A stretch of 64,000 bases of DNA from Pseudonocardiales bacterium (GTDB lineage: Bacteria > Actinomycetota > Actinomycetes > Mycobacteriales > Pseudonocardiaceae): the NCBI GenBank assembly GCA_032230565.1, contig JAVXWL010000102.1, positions 21,743-85,742 of the forward strand. Reading direction: 5' to 3'. Within the stretch, counting starts at the first letter, position 1. Each line of letters opens with the position of its first letter. The notes under the pieces are model-generated. The model saw only the letters and a list, made by a program, of their open reading frames with translations, ran no database searches and was not told the origin of the DNA. The translations under genes and the position numbers were made by a program. This document shows, one piece after another, positions 20,977 to 35,289 of this stretch.

Positions 20977-22563
20977 GTGACCGCCGACGTACTTCTTTCC
21001 GCGGAGGCCGCAGTGACCGCAGCAAGCAGCAAGACCCAGACTGCCTGGGTTAATCCACTGCGGGACAGCAGAGACAAGCGACTACCCCGGATTGCTGGCC
21101 CGTGCGGTGTCGTCATCTTCGGCGTGACCGGGGACCTGTCTCGCAAGAAATTGATGCCGGCGATTTATGACCTGGCAAATCGGGGGTTGCTGCCGCCCGG
21201 TTTCGCGTTAGTCGGGTTTTCGCGCCGCGATTGGGCCGATGAGAACTTCGCTGAGCTGGTCCACGACGCGGTCCGGGAGCACGCCCGCACCCCGTTCCGG
21301 GAGGAGGTTTGGGCCCGACTATCTGAGGGGGTTCGGTTCGTCCCCGGCAGCTTCGACGACGACGCCTCCTTCGACGACCTGGCGTCGGTGGTCGCAGACC
21401 TCGATGAGCAACGGGGTACCAGCGGCAACCACGCCTTCTACCTGGCCATCCCACCCGCGACGTTCCCGGTGGTTCTCAAGCAGCTGGCCCGTACCGGCTT
21501 GGCGACGCGCAACGGCGATCAGTGGCGCCGGGTGGTCATCGAAAAACCGTTCGGGCATGACCTGCACAGCGCGTGTGAACTCAACGAGATCGTCAACGAC
21601 GTCTTCCCCGAGGAGTCGGTGTTCCGCATCGATCACTACCTCGGAAAGGAGACCGTGCAGAACATTCTCGCGCTGCGCTTTGCCAACCAGCTTTACGAAC
21701 CGATCTGGAACAGCAATTACGTCGACCACGTGCAGATCACCATGGCCGAGGACATCGGGTTGGCCGGTCGCGCCGGCTACTACGACGGCATCGGGGCGGC
21801 GCGGGACGTGATCCAGAACCACCTGCTCCAGTTGCTCGCCCTCACTGCGATGGAGGAACCGCTATCCTTCTCTCCTGGTTCGCTGCGCGGTGAGAAGATC
21901 AAGGTGCTGTCCGCGGTCAAGCTCGCGGAGCCGATAGACCAGACCACCGCACGCGGCCAGTACACCGCCGGCTGGCAGGGTGGCACCAAAGTCGTCGGAG
22001 TGCTCGAAGAAAAGGGTTTCCACCAGGACTCCACCACCGAGACCTTCGCCGCGATCACGCTGAACGTGGACAACCGGCGATGGGCGGGGGTGCCGTTCTT
22101 CCTGCGCACCGGCAAACGGTTGGGTCGGCGGGTCACCGAAATAGCGGTAATCTTCAAGCGGGCTCCGCACCTGCCCTTCGAGACGACCATGACCGAAGAG
22201 CTGGGACAAAACGCCCTAGTCATCCGGATCCAGCCGGACGAGGGCGTCACTATCCGGTTCGGCTCCAAGGTGCCGGGCACTGCGATGGAGGTCCGGGACG
22301 TCACGATGGATTTCCGTTATGGCACGGCGTTCACCGAGTCCTCACCGGAGGCTTACGAGCGCCTACTGCTGGACGTCCTGCTCGGTGAGCCGTCACTGTT
22401 CCCAGTCAACGCCGAAGTCGAGCTGTCCTGGGCGATCCTCGATCCGGTGCTCGAACACTGGGCGAAACAAGACCGGCCTGAGCCGTACGCCGCAGGCACC
22501 TGGGGACCGCCATCGGCGGATCGGATGATCGCTGCGGCCGGACGGACGTGGAGACGGCCATGA
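20977..22563 (+). CDS. zwf: glucose-6-phosphate 1-dehydrogenase
   Basis: It shows VIFGVTGDLSRKKL (NADP binding) and the active-site signature RIDHYLGKE. The GTG start lies directly after the pgi stop, but the exact start is uncertain. Confidence 0.93.
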   Translation: MTADVLLSAEAAVTAASSKTQTAWVNPLRDSRDKRLPRIAGPCGVVIFGVTGDLSRKKLMPAIYDLANRGLLPPGFALVGFSRRDWADENFAELVHDAVREHARTPFREEVWARLSEGVRFVPGSFDDDASFDDLASVVADLDEQRGTSGNHAFYLAIPPATFPVVLKQLARTGLATRNGDQWRRVVIEKPFGHDLHSACELNEIVNDVFPEESVFRIDHYLGKETVQNILALRFANQLYEPIWNSNYVDHVQITMAEDIGLAGRAGYYDGIGAARDVIQNHLLQLLALTAMEEPLSFSPGSLRGEKIKVLSAVKLAEPIDQTTARGQYTAGWQGGTKVVGVLEEKGFHQDSTTETFAAITLNVDNRRWAGVPFFLRTGKRLGRRVTEIAVIFKRAPHLPFETTMTEELGQNALVIRIQPDEGVTIRFGSKVPGTAMEVRDVTMDFRYGTAFTESSPEAYERLLLDVLLGEPSLFPVNAEVELSWAILDPVLEHWAKQDRPEPYAAGTWGPPSADRMIAAAGRTWRRP

Positions 22564-22593
22564 TCGCCCTTTCGGCAGGGTAAACGTCCTGAC

Positions 22594-24063
22594 ATGCGAT
22601 GCGTAGTGTTCGGCGCGACCGGCTACATTGGTGGTCGGCTTGTCCCCGCCTTACTGGCCGCCGGCCATCAGGTGCGAGCAGTCGCGCGCTCCCCCGGCAA
22701 GCTGGCCGAGGTGCCCTGGCAAGATCACGCTGAGATCATCAACGGGGACGTCACCGATCCCACCAGCGTTCGAGACGCGATGAGCGGTCAGGACGTCGCC
22801 TACTACCTGGTGCACTCGCTCAATCAGCGGGACTTCGCCGATATCGACCGCCGCGCTGCCCACGTGCTCGCCGACGCGGCCCGCATAGCAGGTCTGACTC
22901 GCCTCGTGTACCTGGGAGGGATCACACCCGACTCGAAGCACCTGTCCGACCACCTGGCCTCTCGCGCGGAAGTCGGGCAGATCCTGCTGGATTCCGGCGT
23001 GCCCACCGTCGTGCTGCAGGCGGCGGTGATTCTAGGGTCCGGCTCGGCCAGCTTCGAGATGCTGCGGTATCTCACCGAACGACTTCCGGCGATGGTCACA
23101 CCACGTTGGGTGCACAACCGTGTCCAGCCCATCGCAGTCCGCGACGTTCTGCATTATCTGACACGCGCCGCCGCGCTGTCACCGCAGGTCAACCGGGCCT
23201 TTGACATCGGTGGACCGGATGTGCTGACCTATCTGGACATGATGCGCCGATACGCGGTCGTGGCCGGCTTGCCCCGCCGCGTCGTGCTACCCGTGCCGGT
23301 GCTCACCCCATGGTTATCGGCGCAATGGGTCAATCTGGTCACGCCGGTGCCCCGCAGCATCGCCATCCCGTTGATCGAGTCGCTGATCCACGAAGTCGTC
23401 TGTCACGACCATGACATCACCGGCTACATTCCAAACCCCGACGGCGGTTTGATCCACTACGAGCGCGCCATCGAGCTCGCGCTGATGCATATCCGCCACG
23501 CCGAGGTTCCCACCCGCTGGTCGGATGCTTCCTTGCCCGGGGCACCGTCGGATCCACTGCCCACCGACCCTGACTGGTCCGGTGGTTCGCTGTACCAGGA
23601 CATCCGCGAGCGGCACTGCGCAGCCGACCCGCGCACCGTGTGGGACGTCATCGAAGCCATCGGCGGCGAGCATGGCTGGTACTCCTTCCCGCTGGCGTGG
23701 TCGGTGCGTGGTTGGATCGATCGGCTCGCCGGCGGTGTCGGGTTGCGCCGCGGCCGCCGTGACCCCCGCCGCCTACACGTCGGCGAAGCCCTGGACTGGT
23801 GGCGCGTGGAACACCTCGATCGGCCCCGCTTGCTGAGGCTGCGCGCCGAGATGCTGCTACCCGGCCGCGCCTGGCTCGAACTTGAGGTCGTGCCCGACGG
23901 TGACGGTTCCCGCTACCGCCAGCGGGCGCTGTTCGAACCCCGCGGGTTGGCCGGTCACCTGTACTGGAAAGCCATCGCCCCTTTTCACGACGTCGTCTTC
24001 GGTGGGATGGCCCGCAACATCACCGGCACCGCCCAGCATCGTTCAGCGGCAGGAGCCGGCTGA
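22594..24063 (+). CDS. NAD(P)-binding (atypical SDR/NmrA-like) protein with C-terminal DUF2867-like domain
   Basis: The N-terminus reads VFGATGYIGGRLV (Rossmann fold). The C-terminal approx. 150 aa (WWRVEHLDRPRLLRLRAEMLLPGRAWLELEV) resemble DUF2867. Confidence 0.7.
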   Translation: MRCVVFGATGYIGGRLVPALLAAGHQVRAVARSPGKLAEVPWQDHAEIINGDVTDPTSVRDAMSGQDVAYYLVHSLNQRDFADIDRRAAHVLADAARIAGLTRLVYLGGITPDSKHLSDHLASRAEVGQILLDSGVPTVVLQAAVILGSGSASFEMLRYLTERLPAMVTPRWVHNRVQPIAVRDVLHYLTRAAALSPQVNRAFDIGGPDVLTYLDMMRRYAVVAGLPRRVVLPVPVLTPWLSAQWVNLVTPVPRSIAIPLIESLIHEVVCHDHDITGYIPNPDGGLIHYERAIELALMHIRHAEVPTRWSDASLPGAPSDPLPTDPDWSGGSLYQDIRERHCAADPRTVWDVIEAIGGEHGWYSFPLAWSVRGWIDRLAGGVGLRRGRRDPRRLHVGEALDWWRVEHLDRPRLLRLRAEMLLPGRAWLELEVVPDGDGSRYRQRALFEPRGLAGHLYWKAIAPFHDVVFGGMARNITGTAQHRSAAGAG

Positions 24064-24126
24064 GATGACCACGGTCAGTAAGGCAGCTACTTTCCGCACC
24101 GCCCGGGACAAGACCGGAGGCAAGCA

Positions 24127-25122
24127 ATGATCGTCGACCTGCCTTCCACCACCACGTCAGCGGTGAACCACGCGCTGATCGACATCCGGGAACGTGGCGG
24201 CGCGGTAGCGCTGGGCCGCGTACTGACCTTAGTGATCGTCACCGATGACTCCGCACAGGTGGAACAGTCGATCGACGCCGCCAACGAGGCCAGCAAGGAA
24301 CACCCGTGCCGGGTGGTCGTGGTGGCCCGCGGACTCAAGCGGGCCGGGACCCGGCTGGACGCGCAGATCCGGGTCGGTGGTGACGCTGGCGCATCCGAAG
24401 TCCTCGTGCTGCGCCTGTACGGTCCGCTTTCAGACCACGGAGACAGCGTGCTTGTACCGCTGCTGCTTCCGGACTGCCCGGTCGTCGCGTGGTGGCCAGG
24501 AGCGGCGCCGCCGATTCCCGCGGAGGACCCCATTGGTAGGCTGGCGCAGCGCCGGATCACCGACACCGCCGCGGCCCATCAGCCGATCAGGGCACTAGAG
24601 AGCCGCCGCATCTCCTACGCCGCAGGGGACACCGACCTTGCGTGGACCCGAATCACCCCGTGGCGAGCGCTGCTTGCCGCGGCCCTGGATCTGCCCCCGC
24701 ATGAGGATGTCGAGACGGTCACCGTCACCGGTGGCGCTGACAACCCGTCGGCTGATCTGCTCGCCGGCTGGCTGCGCTCCCGGCTGCATATCCCGGTACG
24801 ACGCCGGACCAGCCCGCCCGGGGGCGGGATCAGTGCAGCTGTTCTGGAGCGCCATTCCGGCAAGGTAGAACTGGTCCGGCCGGACGGAAAGGTGGGCACC
24901 TTGCGTCAGCCTGGTCAACCGGAGCGCAGGATCCCGTTGAGACGGCGCCCGGTGCGCGACTGTCTCGCCGAGGAGCTGCGGAGACTGGATCCTGACGAGA
25001 CCTACCAGGCCGCATTGCAGGCGCTCACCGAGGTAGACGGTCGCAACGGTCGACGGACCAGCCCGCCGAAGGGCCCCCCAACGGGTCAGACGCGAGACGT
25101 CGAGACCCGGGCTGATCAGTGA
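24127..25122 (+). CDS. opcA: glucose-6-phosphate dehydrogenase assembly protein OpcA
   Basis: 331 aa. The N-terminus MIVDLPSTTTSAVNHALIDIRERGGAVALGRVLTLVIV is typical of OpcA. It sits between zwf and pgl. Confidence 0.88.
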   Translation: MIVDLPSTTTSAVNHALIDIRERGGAVALGRVLTLVIVTDDSAQVEQSIDAANEASKEHPCRVVVVARGLKRAGTRLDAQIRVGGDAGASEVLVLRLYGPLSDHGDSVLVPLLLPDCPVVAWWPGAAPPIPAEDPIGRLAQRRITDTAAAHQPIRALESRRISYAAGDTDLAWTRITPWRALLAAALDLPPHEDVETVTVTGGADNPSADLLAGWLRSRLHIPVRRRTSPPGGGISAAVLERHSGKVELVRPDGKVGTLRQPGQPERRIPLRRRPVRDCLAEELRRLDPDETYQAALQALTEVDGRNGRRTSPPKGPPTGQTRDVETRADQ

Positions 25123-25892
25123 GCCGCCCCGACGTCGTGGTGCACGCCACCGCGGAAGTGCTCGCCGCGGCCACCGCTGCTCGGCTGGTCACCCGGGTCG
25201 TGGATATCCAAACCGCCTCAGGGTCCGCGTCGCTGGTACTGACCGGCGGACGGATCGGAACCGCGGTGCTGCGTGAGCTGGCGAATACTCAGGCAGCTAC
25301 GGCGGTGGACTGGCTACAACTGAATATCTACTGGGGTGACGAACGCTTCCTGCCCAGTGGACACCCAGAGCGCAACGAAACCCAGGCGCGCCAAGCGCTG
25401 CTCGACCACGTCAGCGTGGACCCGGCCCGGGTCTATCCGATGGGCGCCTCCGACGGCCCTTGGGGGGACGACCCGGACGCCGCCGCCCACAACTACGAAG
25501 AGCTGCTGTTGAGTCGACGACGGCCGGAGGACCGCGGCCCGGCGCCGTCGTTCGATATCTGCTGTCTCGGCATCGGCGAAGACGGCCACGTCGCCTCGGT
25601 GTTCCCCGGCTCGCCCGCGGTATACGAGACCGAGCGCGCGGTGACCGGCGTACGGGGCAGTCCGAAACCGCCCCCCACCCGGATCACCATGACGCTGCCC
25701 GCCATCCGGTGCGCCGCAGAAGTGTGGTTGATCGCCTCAGGAACGGAGAAAGCCGCAGCGGTGACGATGGCGCTAAGCGGAGCAGGAGAGGTGCAGCTGC
25801 CTGCGGCAGGCGCGACGGGTCGTCGCCGCACGCTGTGGCTGCTGGACCGGGCCGCAGCCGCCAAACTCCCCACGGAGCTACTCGGCCGCTGA
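25119..25892 (+). CDS. pgl: 6-phosphogluconolactonase
   Basis: It overlaps opcA in a GTGA arrangement and contains LTGGRIG, WGDERF and GEDGH. Confidence 0.9.
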   Translation: MSRPDVVVHATAEVLAAATAARLVTRVVDIQTASGSASLVLTGGRIGTAVLRELANTQAATAVDWLQLNIYWGDERFLPSGHPERNETQARQALLDHVSVDPARVYPMGASDGPWGDDPDAAAHNYEELLLSRRRPEDRGPAPSFDICCLGIGEDGHVASVFPGSPAVYETERAVTGVRGSPKPPPTRITMTLPAIRCAAEVWLIASGTEKAAAVTMALSGAGEVQLPAAGATGRRRTLWLLDRAAAAKLPTELLGR

Positions 25893-26066
25893 CTTTTTCG
25901 GCGCGTTTGGTGGACCGATCACCGTTGATCGCTGCGCCTCGCTGGGCCATGAGGCGTAGCGAAAACCCTCACGATGCATGAAGACGTGAGCTGACCTGAC
26001 CGGTAAGTCTGGCATAAATACGCAACGCGTACCGGGGACGGCGCGCGTGACTACCGGGGGGACAAC

Positions 26067-26606
26067 ATGAACAGCTCAGTCGCTACCGAGACTATTCGGC
26101 CTCGAAAGCAGGCGCCGACCAGCGAAAGCGTGGGTGACGAGGTCGCGTCACTTGGCATATTCGACCACGCCGCGGAGCCCGCGTATGCGGAGGATTCCTC
26201 CCGATTGTCGCATCTGTACAGTCAGTGCCGGGAGGCCTGCGTAGACCCATCAGGGCTTCGTATTTTTGCCGCATCCGCGCTCGTGGTGGGACTCATGCTC
26301 TCTACCGCCCCAGTCGCTTTCGCGCAGGTCGGGCGCCTATTCGCTACCGCCCCAGCAGCGTCCGCCGGAGACGAACCTACCCGAGAGCAAGCCATCCGAG
26401 ACGAACCCGATATCGGAGCCGCCACACAAAGCAGAGGCAGTGTGCAGCGCCGACTAACTCTGCGCTCCCTGACAGCGTTGATCAGGTGGAATGGAACCAG
26501 TCAAGCCCTCAGGTGCGCCTACGGCCTGCTGTTCCAGGGGAGCTCCCGCGCCTGCGAAAACGACACCATCCTCGCAGCGAGTGGTTATCGCAGGCAGTTA
26601 GCTTAA
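26067..26606 (+). CDS. doubtful hypothetical protein (one internal hydrophobic segment)
   Basis: 179-aa ORF in a spacer of visibly lower GC. Third-position GC is well below that of neighbouring genes. It may be non-coding. Confidence 0.2.
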   Translation: MNSSVATETIRPRKQAPTSESVGDEVASLGIFDHAAEPAYAEDSSRLSHLYSQCREACVDPSGLRIFAASALVVGLMLSTAPVAFAQVGRLFATAPAASAGDEPTREQAIRDEPDIGAATQSRGSVQRRLTLRSLTALIRWNGTSQALRCAYGLLFQGSSRACENDTILAASGYRRQLA

Positions 26607-26617
26607 TCGTTTCGGTT

Positions 26618-26684
26618 CCGCGAGCACCTGACGTAGGTGACTGCGCCGCACGGTCGCAGTGAGACTCTACGTCAGGGTTCGCGG
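26618..26684 (-). terminator. long imperfect hairpin spanning the rbpA stop codon
   Basis: The arms ccgcgagcacctgacgtag (26618-26636) and ctacgtcagggttcgcgg (26667-26684) pair as 10 + 6 bp, with an inner actgcg/cgcagt stem. There is no U-tract. Confidence 0.35.
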
Positions 26685-27013
26685 GATTCCTTGAGTCTGG
26701 CTAGCGCCTCGGCGAGGATGGCCTCGCCGTCGGCATCGGAGCGGCGCTCCTTCACGTAGGCGAGGTGCGTCTTGTACGGCTCATTGCGCGGCGCATTGGG
26801 CGGCCGCTGCTCGTTGCGCCCCGCTGGAAAACCGCATCGTGGGCAGTCCCACACGTCCGGTTCCTCAGCCTCGGCCGCGAACGAAACCCGAGACTCGTGC
26901 CCATTGGCGCACCAGTAGGAGACCCGGTTACGGGGAGCAGTCTCGCCTCGCTCGGACTCGCCCATCGGACCTGCACCGACCCGCGTACCGCGGATCGCAT
27001 TGCCACTAGCCAT
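26672..27013 (-). CDS. rbpA: RNA polymerase-binding protein RbpA
   Basis: 113 aa. It starts IRGTRVG, carries the zinc-ribbon-like pattern C..H...C..C (YWCANGHE...WDCPRCG) and has a basic linker plus KTHLAYVKERR, the sigma-interaction helix. Confidence 0.85.
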   Translation of the reverse strand: MASGNAIRGTRVGAGPMGESERGETAPRNRVSYWCANGHESRVSFAAEAEEPDVWDCPRCGFPAGRNEQRPPNAPRNEPYKTHLAYVKERRSDADGEAILAEALARLKESREP

Positions 27014-27049
27014 TGATCGCCCTCACGTCGCGGAACCGCCCGGAGCGGC

Positions 27050-27286
27050 TCAGCCGATCTTGATCAGGAGCCCGATCCCCACAATGGAGATCACCCATAC
27101 CGAGCTGACGAACAGCGTCAGCCGGTCCAGGTTCTTCTCCACAACGCTGGACCCGGACAAACTCGATTGCACGCCACCGCCGAACAAACTGGATAGCCCT
27201 CCACCGCGGCTTCGATGCAGCAAGATCAGCAGGATCAGCGCGATGCTGGTGACCAGGAGCAGGATCTGCAGGAAGAGCTTCATCAC
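27050..27286 (-). CDS. secG: preprotein translocase subunit SecG
   Basis: 78 aa with two TM segments flanking the Gly/Ser-rich loop GGGLSSLFGGG. It lies downstream of tpiA. Confidence 0.9.
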   Translation of the reverse strand: MMKLFLQILLLVTSIALILLILLHRSRGGGLSSLFGGGVQSSLSGSSVVEKNLDRLTLFVSSVWVISIVGIGLLIKIG

Positions 27287-27369
27287 ACCCTCGTCGGACG
27301 ACGACTGAATTGCAAGGCTACCCCGTCGCGCCGCCGAACGCGGCCCGGCCTAGGGATCACGGCGTCCCC

Positions 27370-28155
27370 TCACGGTAATGGTCCGCCGGCGGCCAGGGCG
27401 CAGAGCTTCGCGAAGTCGTCCGCGTCCAGGCTCGCACCACCGACCAGTGCGCCGTCGATATCTGACTCGGCGACCAGCTCGGCGACATTGCTTGATTTGA
27501 CCGATCCGCCGTAGAGCACCCGGACCTCGTCGGCGACCGCCGCGCCGTACTTGTCGGCCAGCGCTGCCCGCAGCGCGCCGCAGACCTCCTGCGCGTCGGC
27601 CGGGGTAGCGACCCGGCCGGTTCCGATCGCCCAGATCGGCTCGTAGGCCACCACGATGGTGCGGGCCTGTTCGGCAGACAGGCCCTTGAGCGCAGCACGC
27701 AGTTGCGCAGTGCTGTGCGCCAAGTGGCCACCAGCCTCACGAACCTCCAGACCTTCCCCCACGCACAGGATCGGCACCAGCCCGTTGCGCAGTGCGGCGC
27801 GTACCTTCGCGCCCACGGTGGCGTCGTCCTCGCCGTGGTGTTCGCGGCGCTCGGAGTGCCCGACAATGACGTAGCTGCAATCCAGCTTGGCCAGCATCGG
27901 CCCGGACACATCGCCGGTATACGGCCCGGAGTCCTTCGGTGAGAGATCCTGCGCGCCGTAACGGATCAGCAGCTTGTCACCCTCAATGAGGGCCTGCACG
28001 CTGCGCAACGCGGTGAACGGCGGCAGCACGGCCACCTCAACCTTGGCGAAGTACTTCTCCGGCAGTGCGAAGGCAAGCTTCTGTACCAGAGCGATAGCCT
28101 CCAGATGATGGAGGTTCATCTTCCAGTTGCCGGCAATCAACGGTTGGCGGGCCAC
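27370..28155 (-). CDS. tpiA: triosephosphate isomerase
   Basis: It shows [14 protein letters not shown] and the signature [11 protein letters not shown]. Confidence 0.95.
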   Translation of the reverse strand: MARQPLIAGNWKMNLHHLEAIALVQKLAFALPEKYFAKVEVAVLPPFTALRSVQALIEGDKLLIRYGAQDLSPKDSGPYTGDVSGPMLAKLDCSYVIVGHSERREHHGEDDATVGAKVRAALRNGLVPILCVGEGLEVREAGGHLAHSTAQLRAALKGLSAEQARTIVVAYEPIWAIGTGRVATPADAQEVCGALRAALADKYGAAVADEVRVLYGGSVKSSNVAELVAESDIDGALVGGASLDADDFAKLCALAAGGPLP

Positions 28156-28158
28156 CCC

Positions 28159-31448
<3,290 letters not shown>

Positions 31449-31452
<4 letters not shown>

Positions 31453-32432
31453 GGCCACTGGCACTTCTCCCTCCCTTGCACGTCTATCAGTATCCGGCGC
31501 AGCGCTGCGGCCAGCGCCACCGGATCGTGGCGATCGGTGGATCCGTCGTCGGCGACCCGGTCAAGGTACGCGTGTCCACCGAGCGCCGCTGCGCACCGGT
31601 GCAACCGAGCGGGCGCCGCGACAGCGTCAACATCGGCGAGCACCGCATGCACGGTGAATCCGGGCGGCGCGTGATCACACAAGACGGTCAGGTACTGCTC
31701 CGGGGAGAATCCTGCGGTTTCGCCCGGTTGCGGGACGAGGTTGTGTATCAGTACCCGGCGAGCCTGCGTGTTCACCAGCGCGCTGGCCAAGCCGGGAACG
31801 AGCAGATGCGGTAACACACTGGTGAACCACGAACCCGGCCCGAGAACCACGAGATCAGCCGCGCCGACCGCGCGGACCGCTTCAGCGCAGGCCTGCGGCC
31901 GCTCGGGTCGAAGCCGTACCCGATGCACCCGACCCGGTGTTGTGGCCACCGCTACCTGGCCCCGGATCCGGCTGAGCCGGTCTGGTTGATCAGCATCACC
32001 GTCGAGACCAGCCACATCGGCCTCGATGTCGAGCGGTTCGACAGTCATCGGCAGTACCCGGCCAGTCACTCGGAGCAGCGCACATACCTCGTCCAACATC
32101 GCCACCGGATCACCGAGCACCTCCAGCAGGCCGGCCATCACGAGGTTACCCACTGCGTGCCCAGCCAGCGCGCCGGTGCCGCCGAAGCGATGCTGGAACA
32201 GTTCCCGCCAGCGCCCCGCCGCCCCGTCGTCGGCGGCGAGCGCGGCCAGCGCCATGCGCAGATCGCCGGGCGCCAGCACCCCCAGCTCCCGGCGCAGCCG
32301 CCCGGATGAACCGCCGTCATCGGCCACCGTGACCACCGCGGTGACGTCCTCGGTGATCGCCCGCAACGCCAGCAGCGTGGCGTACAGCCCGTGGCCGCCA
32401 CCCAGCGCGACCGCCTTGATGGAGCGGGTCAC
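31449..32432 (-). CDS. yvcK: YvcK/CuvA family (CofD-like, gluconeogenesis factor)
   Basis: It shows VALGGGHGL. Its position between rapZ and whiA is conserved. The start overlaps rapZ in a GTGA arrangement. Confidence 0.85.
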
Positions 32433-33334
32433 TCGCGTCCCACGTCTCGGTGCACGACCTTGACGGTGATCTTATCGATTCCGCCGTTGCGGTTGAGCCT
32501 GCTGGCCAACGCTTCGGAGACAACCACACTGCGGTGTTTACCACCGGTGCACCCCACCGCGAGGGTGAGGTAGCGCTTGCCCTCCCGCCGGTAGCCACCG
32601 CTGATCAGTCGCAGCAGCTCGAGGTAGCGGTCCAGGAATTCCTCGGCACCTTCCTGGGACAGCACGTAATTGCGGACATCGGCGTCAAGCCCGGTGCATT
32701 CGCGCAGTTCCGGAATCCAGAATGGGTTGGGCAGGAATCGCACATCGATCACGAGGTCTGAATCCATCGGCAACCCGTATTTGTAGCCGAAGGACACCAC
32801 CGTGATCCGGGTGCGGGTGCTTGATTCTCCGCCGAACGCATGTTCGATCTTGGCTCGCAGCTGGTGTACGGACACTCCGGTGGTGTCCAGGACCAGGTCA
32901 GCCTCGTCGCGCAGCGGCGCGAGCAACGCCCGCTCGGCTGCGATCCCTTCAGCCAGCCGGTCGTCGCCCTGCAGTGGATGGCTGCGCCGGACCTGTTCGA
33001 AGCGACGGATCAACACCGCGTCGGTGGCTTCCAGGTAGAGCACCTTGGGCCGGTAGCCGCGGGCGTCCAAATCCTTGATCACCGCGGCAAGGTCATCAGT
33101 GAACGCCCGACTGCGCACGTCCATCACCACCGCGATCCGGGTTATCGCGCCCTGCGAGCGAGCGCCGAGCTCGACCATGGTGGCGATCAGCTCGGGCGGC
33201 AGGTTGTCGACGACGAACCAACCCAGGTCCTCCAGCACCTTCGCAGCCGTGCTGCGACCCGCGCCGGACAAGCCCGACACTACAGCGACCTCGATACCAC
33301 CCTGCGTTTCGCCACTGCGCTGGATCTTGGTCAC
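32429..33334 (-). CDS. rapZ: RNase adapter / nucleotide-binding protein RapZ (YvcJ)
   Basis: It has the P-loop GLSGAGRST and the C-terminal motif CTGGKHRSV. The start overlaps the uvrC stop in a GTGA arrangement. Confidence 0.9.
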   Translation of the reverse strand: MTKIQRSGETQGGIEVAVVSGLSGAGRSTAAKVLEDLGWFVVDNLPPELIATMVELGARSQGAITRIAVVMDVRSRAFTDDLAAVIKDLDARGYRPKVLYLEATDAVLIRRFEQVRRSHPLQGDDRLAEGIAAERALLAPLRDEADLVLDTTGVSVHQLRAKIEHAFGGESSTRTRITVVSFGYKYGLPMDSDLVIDVRFLPNPFWIPELRECTGLDADVRNYVLSQEGAEEFLDRYLELLRLISGGYRREGKRYLTLAVGCTGGKHRSVVVSEALASRLNRNGGIDKITVKVVHRDVGRE

Positions 33335-35289
33335 CGCGCCACTCCATTGGTTCCTTCGACGCCGACGGGCTGCTCCTCTGCGACGGCCAAGGCTGCGAGC
33401 ACCGCCCGCGCAGTGCTCGGACCGATCCCGGATACCTCGGTGAGCTCGGACACGCTGGCCTGCCGGATACGGCGCACCGAGCCGAAGTGCTTGAGCAGCG
33501 CGGTGCGCCGAGTCTGCCCGAGCCCGGTCACATCGTCCAGCGCGGATGCCGTCATCCGCGCTGACCGTTTCTGCCGGTGGTAACTGATCGCGAACCGGTG
33601 CGCCTCGTCCCGCACCCGCTGCAGCAGGTAGAGCCCCTCGCTGGTGCGCGGCAGGATCACCGGATCGGCCTCGCCGGGCAACCAGACCTCCTCCAGCCGC
33701 TTGGCCAGCCCCGCGATCGCGACATCGGTCACGCCGAGCTCGAACAGTGCCTGCGCCGCCGCGGCCACCTGCGCCGGGCCGCCATCGACAACCAGCAGGT
33801 TCGGCGGGTAGGCGAACTTGCGGGGACGCCCGGTGTCGGGGTCCACGCCAGGCTGCGTGTGGTTGTCAACCTGGAGGTAGCGGGCAAAGCGCCGGCGGAC
33901 CACTTCGGCGATGCTCGCCACGTCGTCAGAGTGCCCGTCACCGGCCGCGTCCCGGATCGCGAAGCGCCGGTAGTCGGACTTGCGCGGCAGCCCGTCTTCG
34001 AAGACCACCAGCGAGGCAACCACGTCGTTGCCCTGCACGTGGCTGACGTCGATGCATTCGATGCGCAGCGGGGCGGTGTCCAGGCCGAGCTGCTCCTGGA
34101 TTTCCTGCAGTGCCGCGGCGCGGGCAGTTAGGTCACCGGCCCGGCGAAGCTTGTGCTGCGCGAACGCCTCCGCGGCGTTTCGCGCCACGGTGTCGGCCAG
34201 CGAACGCTTGTCCCCCCGCTGCGGTACCCGCAGCGCTACCCGGGCCCCGCGCAACCCGGAAAGCCATTCGGTCAGGATGTCGGCATCTTCGGGTAGTTCA
34301 GGCACCAGCACCTCACGCGGCACTGGCTGCATGGCGTCATCCGCAGCCTCGGCCAGCGAGGCCTGCTCGCCATAGAACTGGGTCAGGAACTGGCTGACCA
34401 GGTCCACCTGCTCGATCCGCTCGATCACCCAGCCCCGCTGGCCACGGACCCGTCCGCCCCGAACGTGAAACACCTGCACCGCAGCCTCGAGCTCATCACA
34501 CGCGAAGGCGATCACGTCGGCGTCGGTGCCGTCACCGAGTACCACCGCCTGCTTCTCCATCGCCCGGCGCAACGCCCCCAGATGGTCACGCAGCCGGGCG
34601 GCGCGCTCGAACTCCAGTTCAGCAGCGGCCGTCTCCATCTCCCGTTCCAACCGGCGGATCATCTTGTCAGTCCGGCCGGAAAGAAAATCACAGAAATCGT
34701 CAACGATGGCGCGATGTTGCTCGGCGGTGACATTACCCACGCAGGGCGCTGAGCATTTATCGATATAGCCCAGCAGGCAAGGTCGACCGATCTGACCATG
34801 CCGCTTGAATACGCCTGCCGAGCACACCCGGGCCGGGAACACCCTGGTAAGCAGGTCGAGCGTCTCCCGGATTGCCCAGGCGTGCGCGTACGGTCCGAAG
34901 TACCGGATTCCCCGCTTGCGAGCCCCCCGGTAAACCTGCAAACGGGGATATTTTTCGTTGAGCGTCACGGCCAGCACCGGGTAAGACTTGTCATCGCGAT
35001 ACCGTACGTTGAACCGGGGATCGAACTCCTTGATCCAGTTGTATTCCAGCTGCAGCGCCTCGACCTCGGTGCTGACCATCGTCCACTCGACCGAGGCCGC
35101 CGTGGTGACCATCTGTCGGGTGCGCGGGTGCAGCCCAGCTAGGTCGGCGAAGTAGGAGTTCAGCCGGCTGCGCAGGCTCTTCGCCTTGCCGACGTAGATC
35201 ACCCGGAGGTGCTCATCGCGGAAGCGGTACACCCCCGGGCCGTCGGGGATCGTTCCCGGCGCCGGACGATACGTGGCGGGATCAGCCAT
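33331..35289 (-). CDS. uvrC: excinuclease ABC subunit C
   Basis: It has a GIY-YIG N-terminus ([24 protein letters not shown]), a UVR domain and a C-terminal HhH. I trimmed to the ATG at 35289 (MADPATYRP). Confidence 0.93.
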   Translation of the reverse strand: MADPATYRPAPGTIPDGPGVYRFRDEHLRVIYVGKAKSLRSRLNSYFADLAGLHPRTRQMVTTAASVEWTMVSTEVEALQLEYNWIKEFDPRFNVRYRDDKSYPVLAVTLNEKYPRLQVYRGARKRGIRYFGPYAHAWAIRETLDLLTRVFPARVCSAGVFKRHGQIGRPCLLGYIDKCSAPCVGNVTAEQHRAIVDDFCDFLSGRTDKMIRRLEREMETAAAELEFERAARLRDHLGALRRAMEKQAVVLGDGTDADVIAFACDELEAAVQVFHVRGGRVRGQRGWVIERIEQVDLVSQFLTQFYGEQASLAEAADDAMQPVPREVLVPELPEDADILTEWLSGLRGARVALRVPQRGDKRSLADTVARNAAEAFAQHKLRRAGDLTARAAALQEIQEQLGLDTAPLRIECIDVSHVQGNDVVASLVVFEDGLPRKSDYRRFAIRDAAGDGHSDDVASIAEVVRRRFARYLQVDNHTQPGVDPDTGRPRKFAYPPNLLVVDGGPAQVAAAAQALFELGVTDVAIAGLAKRLEEVWLPGEADPVILPRTSEGLYLLQRVRDEAHRFAISYHRQKRSARMTASALDDVTGLGQTRRTALLKHFGSVRRIRQASVSELTEVSGIGPSTARAVLAALAVAEEQPVGVEGTNGVAR

